Part shown: positions 21,422 to 30,400 of the stretch, one piece after another | Position numbering within the stretch: the stretch's first letter is position 1 | Layout of the letters: each line of letters opens with the position of its first letter | Source: Salisapilia sapeloensis CBS 127946 | Taxonomy: Eukaryota > Protista > Oomycota | DNA: 56,549 bases | Assembly (NCBI GenBank): GCA_023334545.1 | Contig: JAADVB010000112.1 | Coordinates: 1 to 56,549, forward strand | Reading direction: 5' to 3' | Translations under genes and position numbers: made by a program | Notes under the pieces: generated by a model | The model's database searches: none | What the model was told of the DNA's origin: nothing | The model's input: only the letters and a program-made list of their open reading frames with translations

Positions 21422-24400
21422 TTACATGACGCCACAATTACCTTCTTTCCGCTCCTCCTTGGTCGATGCTGGTGAGCTTCGTGGCTGTTGTTGCTGTTGC
21501 TGGTTCTGCAGTACGTTCTTGAACTCGTAGTTCCGGCGGAGGTAGCCGAAGAGCAACGTCCTCTCTTTCTTGAGCACCTTAAGCGAATCGTCCACCACCT
21601 TCTTTAGCGCAGGATCGATCATCCGCGGGTCGTTCGTCGGTAGGTCATGTTCTTCCTGGTAGTTCATCACCTGCTCACTCGCCAGTTGGACGCGGTACGC
21701 CGCCTTGGAAACCCTCGAAGCAGCCACGTACGAAGCAGAGCCCTTGAGCGAGTGACTTTCGCGTCTCAACGTCGCGTAGTCGTTAATCTCATGCGCCTCA
21801 AAGATCTTGGCCATCACATTGCCGCAGTTGATGGCAAACTTCTCTAACAATTTCATGAACAGATCGTCCACGCCACCACATTGCTGGACACCACGTGAAA
21901 CATCCACCGGATCTCCCTCCGGAATCTCAATATCCATCGGACTAATCTTTGGTTTCGGCGTTGCTTCCTCCTTCGGACCAATCGTCGAGTTGATCTTCTC
22001 ACTCTGTGGTGCCTTGCTCTCCTCCGCAAGATTCAGCCCTTGCGGCGATTCCATCTTTCCTGCTGGATTGTACGCTGCTGCAGGAGACATCCTAGTGATA
22101 GCACTGTCGCTCATAGACCCTTTTCTCTTATCCTCTTCATCCTCCTCATCCTCTTCATCCACTTCGACTAGACCAGGGAAACGGAAGCTCTCGTTGCCGT
22201 TCGAGTGAATCGAGTCGGCCATGTCAGCGCTCTTCATCTTTCGAAGCACAGACTCACGAGGCGGCATCTCTCGCTTGAACGGCGGGTGACTCCACAGCGT
22301 CGGATCCTTCATATCGACAGTCGGTTTGACCTGGTCGTCCGCCGTCGTCGGCTGCAAGTTTCGATCCAACGTAGCAGGGAACGTCGTAGACGTCACGTCC
22401 GACTCCATCCAGTCTGGCGTCTCAATGATCGACCCATTACCATCTCGACGGAAGTTGAGAATGTCACTATTGGAAGTCGACTTGCTCGAACTGTTCGTAC
22501 CGAGACTAAAGATCGATGTAGCAGGCGCAGCAACGCGATATGTTCGTCTGTTGCCTTGGCGATTGATAGCCATCGGGTCATCCAACTCGAGATTAGAAAT
22601 GGCACGTGCTAAATCCAGCTGCTGCATGTGCTGGGACGCAGGTACCAACTTTCTCGAGTTGCTTTCAAATTTGTCCTCAAGCTGCTCGTTGTACTCGTCC
22701 ATCCCTCGGAAACTCCCTCGACGCTGCTTCTCGCTAAAGTCCGAGCTTGATCTCGAAACTTCCGGAGCAAACGTAATCGATTTCTTCGGTTTGGTTTCAG
22801 CCGAATTGGAGCCCAGGCTATGCCATTCCGCACTATAATGTTCAGGCGGGAACGCGTCGGGATCCTCATGGCGCATACAAGCAATCACACGTACGCGGAT
22901 CCATTGATGAATCGCCTTGAGCAACGTGTTCTTCGGAATGGGTTTCACCATGAACTCGTCCATGCCTGCATCGAGACACTTTTGCCGATCGCCACTCATC
23001 GCATACGCCGTGAGTCCAAGCACAGGAATGCGTGGTAGATGGTTGGTCGCCTCAAACTGACGAATGGCCGTAGCAGCAGCGTATCCGTCCATGACAGGCA
23101 TTTCGCAGTCCATAAAGATCATGTCAAAGCTCTCGTGATGAACCTTGTACGCTTCGACTGCATCTCTACCATTCACTTCCCACTGGAGCCTGTGATCTTC
23201 TTCCTGTAAGAAGCACTTGACCACTTCCCAATTGAACTCATTGTCTTCCACGACAAGGATGCTGACTTGATCCGGGATCGTGATGTCCGGGATATTCGCA
23301 CCATTCTTATTGACTTTTCCCGTGTCTGACGACACTGGTTCAAATGCCTGGTCTTGGTCCTTCGGTTCCGACTCTGGTGGTTCATCCTCGACACGGATGT
23401 TGCCGTTGTCGTTGAGCATACGCTGCGTCAGCATGTGCTTATACATCGGATCCACTTCATCATTCAGAAGGCGTACGACGACCGTGAAGAAAAAGTTACT
23501 ACCGACACTAAGCTCACTATCGACATCGATCTGACCGTCCATGAGTTCCACGAGCTGCTTACAAATAGCTAAGCCAAGACCAGACCCTGTCGGGTTATTC
23601 TGTCTTGTACGTTCGAGTTTCGTGAAGAGACTAAAGAGTCGCTGCTTTTCCTCCGCGTCCATACCGATGCCAGTATCAATGACTTGGAAGAGAAGCTTAC
23701 GGAACGTCGCGGGAAGCTCTGGCGCTCGAACCACACTGCACTTGACTGTCACGCCACCTTCATTCGTGAACTTGATGGCGTTCGACAATAGATTGAGCAG
23801 CACTTGACGCAGACGGAAGACATCTCCAATCGCATCTGACGGTACGTTCTTATCGCACTCCAATTCGAGCTTGAGACCACGATCCCGAGCTCGGAACTTG
23901 AAGATCTCGATCGAGTACTCTAGCAGGTCTTGCATTTCAAATGGTGCAGCAGAGATTTCGAGCTGCCCAGCCTCGATCTTGGACAGGTCGAGGATGTCGT
24001 TGATCAAGTTCAAGAGCAGACTACCGCTCACGTACGCCATGTTCACGTACCGCTGCGACGTTTCCTCCAGCTTGGCTTCCTTCAGCAGTTCCAGCATGCC
24101 CAAGACGCCATTCAACGGCGTCCGTAGCTCGTGACTAAAGGACGCCAAGAAGTTTACCTTGGCTGCTTCCATCTGCTTCCGCGCCGTGTAGTCCTGTCCG
24201 ACGCCAATGACGCCTCGGATGTTGCCGTGCATATCCTTCTTACTGGATGCATTCACCAGTAACAAGAGGAAGGCACCTCTCTTGGTCGTCATGGGCAGTT
24301 CCATTTCCCCGACGTCGATACCAATGAGCGCTTGATTGAGCAGTTGACGCACTTGCTTTCGACTCTCCGGGATGATAAACGTATGGACGAGAGAGAGACC

Positions 24401-27400
24401 GAGGACAGTCGATTTGTGATACCCTGTAATTTCTTCAATCTTCTGGTTCCACTCGTTGATACAGCCGTTCGTGTCGACACCAAAGATCGGGGCGTTGGCA
24501 GTATCAATAAGACGGAAGTACTCGTGCTCTTGGGCGATACGGTCAGTAATGTCCTGTCCGATGCCAACGACACCGACGATATTTCCATTCGAGTCGTTAC
24601 GTGGCGTAGCATTAAGCAGAATCTCGATGCGTGTACCAGGTCGTGTGATCAATGGGAACTCAAAGTTCGCTGTCTGGATGCCTTGCAATGCTTTCGACAG
24701 CACTTCAGCAACGATCGGTCTAAACTCTGGCGAGATAAACGTTTCCACCAGATTCTCTCCCATGACTTCCTGGATCGAGTAGTTGGTAATCTGAGCAGCC
24801 TTCTTATTCCAAATGTTCACACACATGTCTGCATCGACACCAAAGATCGGAGCATTGGCAGTGTCAATCAGTCGAGAGTACTCTTGTTCCTGCGCCAGCC
24901 TGTCCGTGATATCTTGCCCGATACCGACGACACCGACAATGTCTCCTTGCTGTCCAAACTTTGGTGTCGCATTCAACAGAATCTCCACTCGACGATTACC
25001 CTTGGTAATAAGCGGGAACTCAAAGTTTGCTGTCTCGACCCCGGACAGCGCTTGGGAAAAGACGTTGCGCACGAGGTCTCGATACTCTTCGGAAATGAAC
25101 TTGTTGATCAAGTCTTCTCCTAGCACCTCGGCGTTCGTGTACTGTGTAATGTGCGCTGCCTTGCGATTCCAAATGATCACCTTGTACTCCGAGTCGACAC
25201 CAAAGATCGGCGCGTTGGCCGTATCGATAAGACGAGAGTACTCTTGCTCTTGAGCAATGCGATCGGAGATGTCCTGTCCGATACCGACCATACCAATCAC
25301 CTGTCCATGCTCGTTGAATCGAGATGTGGCATTCAGCAAAATGTCAAGACGACGCCCGATGCGAGTAATAAGCGGGAACTCAAAGTTCGCCGTCTCCGCT
25401 CCACTCAGCGCCTTATCCAGCACAGACCCGACAGCCTCTCGGTAGTCTTCGGTGATGAATTTATCCACCAGGTTTTGTCCTAACACGTGGTCGGTAGTGT
25501 ACTGCGTAATCTCTGCAGCCTTTTTGTTCCAAATATTCACACAACCCTTCGAGTCGACACCAAAGATAGGAGCGTTAGCCGTATCAATCAGACGCGTATA
25601 CTCCTGCTCTTGGGCGATTCGATCCGTGATATCCTGTCCGATACCGACGATACCAACGATCTGTCCGTGCTGGTCGAATCGCGCAGCAGCATTCAGCAGG
25701 ATATTCAACTTGCGTTCTGTCTTGGTCATGAGCAGAATCTCAAAGTTGGATGACTCGTCACCTTGGAGAGCCTTTCGAACGACTTCATCTGCCAACGCAC
25801 GGTTCTCTTCCGCGATAAAGTTGTCTACGAGACTCTCGCCCATCACTTCTTCACGAGAGTATTGTGTAATGTGTGCAGCCTTGTTGTTCCAAATGTTCAA
25901 TCGACCGTCCATGTCGACACCAAAGATTGGAGCATTCGCCTTGTCAATGAGACGAGTGTACTCTTGTTCCTGTGCGATACGTTCGGTAATATCTTGACCG
26001 ATACCGACCATACCAATGACCTGACCATGCTCATTGTACCTAGGCGTTGCGTTCAACAGAATCTCGACACGACTACCTGCCTTGGTGATCAGCGGGAACT
26101 CAAAGTTGGCTGTTTCGAATCCAGCTAGAGCCTTGCGAAGGACAGAGCCGACAGCTTCCTTGTAGTCTTTCGTGATAAACTTGTTCACGAGGTGTTCGCC
26201 GACGACATCTCCGTTCGAGTATTGCGTAATCTCAGCAGCCTTTCGGTTCCAAATGTTCACAAGACCTTCCGAGTCGACACCAAAGATCGGAGCGTTAGCT
26301 GTGTCAATTAGACGAGTGTACTCTTGCTCCTGCGCGATGCGGTTCGTGATATCCTGACCGATGCCCACCATCCCCTTGACTCGACCATGTTCATTGTATC
26401 TCGATGTAGCATTCAGTAGAATCTCGACCCTTCGTCCTGCCTTGGTCATGAGTGGGAATTCAAAGTTCGCCGTCTCTTGACCTTCTAAAGCGTTACGAAG
26501 GACGAACCCGACGGCATCCTTGTATCCTTCTGTAATGAATTTGTTCACAAGGTGTTCGCCCATCACATCCTTGGACGTGTACTGTGTGATCTCTGCAGCC
26601 TTCCTATTCCAGATATTCACTCGGCCTTCTGCATCCACACCAAAGATCGGAGCATTGGCCGTATCAATCAGACGCGTATATTCTTGTTCCTGCGCTATTC
26701 GATCCGTGATATCTTGTCCGATACCAACCATACCAATCACTTGCCCGTGCTCATTGTATCTCGGCGTGGCATTCAGTAAGATCTCCACTCGTCTACCAGT
26801 CTTGGTCATGAGGGGGAACTCAAAGTTCGCTGTTTCTGCACCGCCTAGTGCCTTGCGGAGGACAGAACCGACTGCCTGCTTGTACCCTTCAGTGATAAAC
26901 TTGTTCACCAGGTGCTCTCCCATCACGTCGGACGGTGCGTGCTGTGTGATCTCGGCTGCCTTTCGGTTCCAAATGTTCACAAGACCTCTCGAATCGACAC
27001 CAAAGATTGGCGCATTAGCTGTATCAATAAGACGCGTATACTCCTGCTCTTGGGCGATTCGATCGGTAATGTCTTGACCGATACCGACCATACCCATCAC
27101 CTGCCCATGTTCATTGTACCTAGGCGTTGCGTTCAACAGAATCTCCAATCTACGTCCGACCTTGGTCATGAGTGGGAACTCAAAGTTGGCGGTCTCGACG
27201 TCTTCCAGCGCTTTACTTAGCACTGACGCTACTGCTTCCTTGTACCCCTCTGTAATAAACTTTTCTACGAGATTCTCCCCCATGACATCGTCATTTGTGT
27301 ACTGCGTGATCTCTGCAGCCTTCCTGTTCCAGATATTCACTCGTCCATTCGAGTCGACACCAAAGATCGGGGCGTTGGCAGTGTCTATCAAACGCGTATA

Positions 27401-30400
27401 CTCCTGTTCCTGTGCGATGCGGTCTGTAATATCCTGACCGATACCAACCATTCCTATCACTTGCCCATGCTCATTATACCTCGATGTAGCATTCAGTAGA
27501 ATCTCGACCCTTCGTCCTGCCTTGGTCATGAGTGGGAATTCAAAGTTCGCCGTCTCCTTTCCTTCCAACGCTTTGCTCAGGACGTATCCGACAGCTTCCT
27601 TGTAGTCATCCGTAATGAACTTATTCACAAGATGTTCGCCCATCACATCTTCATTCGAATATTGAGTAATCTCCGCTGCTTTGCGATTCCAAATGTTCAC
27701 AAGACCGTCTGCATCCATACCAAAGATCGGAGCATTCGCAGTGTCTATCAAACGAGTATACTCTTGTTCTTGCGCGATACGATCGGTGATATCTTGTCCG
27801 ATACCGACCATGCCTTTGACCTGTCCGTGCTCATTGTATCTCGGCGTGGCATTCAATAAGATCTCCACTCGTCTACCAGTCTTGGTCATGAGAGGGAACT
27901 CAAAGTTGGCCGTCTCCGTGCCGTTCAACGCCTTCTGAAGGACGTCTCCAACTGCCTCCTTATATCCTTCGGTAATAAACTTCTCCACCAAGTTTTCTCC
28001 CATGACATCGGATGGTGAGTGGAGTGTCACTTCGGCTGCCTTTCGATTCCAAATGTTCACACGTCCACTGGCATCCACACCAAAGATTGGCGCATTGGCC
28101 GTATCGATAAGACGTGTATACTCTTGTTCCTGTGCGATTCGATCGGTAATGTCTTGACCGATACCGACCACACCCTTCACTTCTCCTAGCTCATTATATC
28201 GTGAAGTAGCATTCAACAGAATCTCCACCCGCCTCCCTGTCTTGGTGATCAACGGGAATGCAAAGTTGGCCGTCTCGGAACCCAAGAGTGCTTTATTTAG
28301 CACAGATCCAACTGCCTGCTTGTATCCTTCCGTGATAAACTTCTCTACCAAGTGCTCGCCCATCACATCGGACGACGTATACTGCATGATCTCCGCAGCC
28401 TTCCTATTCCAGATATTCACTCGGCCTTCTGCATCCACACCAAAGATCGGAGCATTGGCCGTATCAATCAGACGCGTATACTCCTGTTCCTGCGCAATGC
28501 GATCCGTGATATCCTGACCGATACCAACCATCCCCTTGACCTCTCCAAGCTCATTATACCTCGACGTAGCATTCAGTAGAATCTCGACCCTTCGTCCTGC
28601 CTTGGTCATGAGTGGGAATTCAAAGTTCGCCGTCTCCTTCCCAGACAAAGCCTTGTCCAGGACAAAGCCCACGGCTTCCTTGTATCCTTCTGTAATGAAC
28701 TTTTCTACTAAGTTCTCTCCCATCACGTCTTTCGGTGTATACTGCGTGATTTCAGCAGCCTTTCGATTCCAGATATTCACTCGGCCGTCTTGGTCGACAC
28801 CAAAGATAGGGGCGTTGGCTGTATCAATAAGACGCGTGTACTCTTGTTCCTGCGCAATGCGATCGGTAATGTCCTGTCCGATACCGACCATGCCCTTGAC
28901 TTGTCCATGCTCGTTGAATCGAGATGTGGCATTCAGCAGAATCTCCACTCGCCTCCCAGTCTTGGTAATAAGCGGGAACTCAAAGTTGGCAGTCTCAGTA
29001 CCATCCAACGCTTTGTCCAGTACATACCCCACAGCCTTACGATAATCTTCCGTAATAAACTTTTCTACGAGATTCTCGCCCATGACATCGTCATTCGTAT
29101 ACTGCGTGATCTCGGCTGCTTTACGATTCCAGATATTCACAAGACCATCCGCATCGACACCAAAGATCGGGGCGTTCGCAGTGTCAATGAGTCGAGTAAA
29201 CTCCTGCTCTTGCGCCAGTCGTTCCGTAATGTCCTGTCCAATCCCGACGACACCGACGATCTGACCCATCTCGTTATACCTCGGTGTAGCGTTCAGCAGG
29301 ATCTCCACTCGCCGACCGGTCTTGGTCGTCAGTGGGAAGTCAAAGATAGCTGTTTGGGCGCCATCTAGAGCTTTGTTCAGCGCAGATTCCACTGCTTCTC
29401 GCGCATCTTCCGACACGAACTGCTGAACCAAGTCCTCTCCGACCACTTCGTCACCACTAAACTGCGTGATCTCGGCAGCCTTGCGGTTCCAAATCGTCAC
29501 GAGACCGTCCTTGTCGACACCAACGATAGGCGCATTCGCAGTGTCGATTAAACGAGAGTACTCTCGTTCTTGCATGATCCGGTCGGTAATGTCCTGTCCG
29601 ATACCGACAACACCGATGATCTCTCCCTGTTCATCATATCGAGGCGTCGCATTCAGTAGAATCTCCACACGTCGACCTGTGCGCGAGATAAGTGGGAACT
29701 CAAAGTTGGCTGTTTCGACGCCAACGAGTGCTTGCTCCAAGACGCCACCGACCTTCTCCTGATACTCTTTCGGAATAAAGCTTTCCACCAAGTTCGCACC
29801 GAGGACATCAAAGCCTGGATACTCTGTGATCCGAGCCGCCTTGCGATTCCAAATGTTCACAGACAAGTCTCGATCGACACCGAAGATCGGAGCATTGGCT
29901 GTGTCGATGAGACGAGTGTACTCTTGCTCCTGTGTACGTCGTTCCGTAATGTCTTGGCCGATACCGACGGCGCCGACAATGTTCCCAACATGATCCGACC
30001 GAGGCGTCGCGTTCAGCAATATAATTCGCCGCTGTCCAGATCTGGTCATGACTGGCATTTCAAAGTTCGCGGTCTCGTGTCCATCAAAGGCTTTCGATAG
30101 AATGTCAAAGAGCGCGCTCTTGAACTCATCCACGACCATGAAAGCAATGTTCTTGCCCATCATGTACTCGACAGGGTACTGTGTAATCGTCGCTGCTTTC
30201 TTATTCCAACTGGTGATCTTAAACTCCGAATCGACGCCAAAGATCGGTGCATTAGCCGTATCAATCAGACGTCGATGCTCCTGCTCTTGGATGATTCGAT
30301 CTGTAATGTCCTGGCCGATACCCACAGCGCCTGTGATGCGACCTAAGTGGTCAAACCATGGCGTGATGTTCAATAGCACTTCAAAGCGCTTTCCGCTCTT

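Noticed and set aside
21480-22160. Poly-Gln (CAG/CAA) run and EDE 9-nt repeats in the HK1 tail
   Set aside because: Short, ordinary low-complexity coding tracts.
24481-29890. Regularly spaced repeats suggestive of a CRISPR-like array
   Set aside because: The repeats are full 360-nt in-frame protein domains in a eukaryotic gene, not short repeats with unique spacers; no cas genes.
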